7,014 bases of DNA from Amoeboradix gromovi X-113 (lineage: Eukaryota; Fungi; Sanchytriomycota), in contig JADGIF010000533.1 of NCBI GenBank assembly GCA_018985225.1, forward strand, positions 1 through 7,014. Direction: 5' to 3'. The notes beneath the pieces were generated by a model. The model had not been told where the DNA came from and ran no database searches. It was given only the letters and a program-made list of their open reading frames with translations. The translations under genes were made by a program, and so were the position numbers. The stretch's first letter is position 1. Every line of letters starts with the position of its first letter. Shown here one piece after another: positions 6,866-7,014 of the stretch.

Positions 6866-7014
6866 TTGTATTCCCCTCTTCAAAATAAAACTAGAAGACC
6901 CTGCATCTCGTTCAAATATATGAGGTCTTTGAGCATCTAAGCAAAAGGTGCATTTTCTTAAACGGTACTCTTTTCTATTTCATTCTCACAGACACTACAT
7001 TTCTTTGATTTACT
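6848..7014 (-). pseudogene. C-terminal fragment of a Fanzor/TnpB-like RuvC nuclease (zinc ribbon + RuvC-III), frameshifted, truncated by the window end
   Basis: From 7014: SKSKKCSVCENEIE; a one-base shift in the A-run near 6971-6974; then EYRLRKCTFCLDAQRPHIFERDAGSSSFILKRGIQSMKEN* (TGA 6850-6848). This matches the TSxxCxxC...CxxC...[DN]RDxNAAxNI layout; the NAAxNI part is divergent. Confidence 0.7.

Noticed and set aside
6970-6990. A tiny intron explaining the Fanzor frameshift
   Set aside because: Available GT-AG pairs lack the TAAYTTAG consensus and would disrupt a zinc-ligand Cys codon.

Overview
AT-rich, very compact eukaryotic DNA with fungal-like proteins and the standard genetic code. 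The core (437-5311) holds four housekeeping genes: CWC24/RNF113 (+), a CRAL-TRIO/Sec14-family lipid-transfer gene (-), VPS24/CHMP3 (+) and a C2-RasGAP (+). The Sec14-family and RasGAP genes are each split in the ORF track, but each joins perfectly if a GT-AG intron of only 19 nt is removed; the two introns share the same 3' geometry. Both window ends are copies of one repeat in inverted orientation (1-112 and 6756-6865, about 90% identical, with a sharp inner boundary). The right copy continues into a frameshifted reading frame absent from the ORF track that resembles the C-terminus of a TnpB/Fanzor nuclease (SKKCSVC...YRLRKCTFC...FERD). The best interpretation is two 3' ends of a Fanzor-type element with a structured omegaRNA-like scaffold and different flanking guide candidates. 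The 5.3-6.75 kb region contains weaker, decayed Merlin-like and Ty3/Gypsy-like fragments and an unexplained structured GC-richer stretch. All assignments are by eye; no searches were run.
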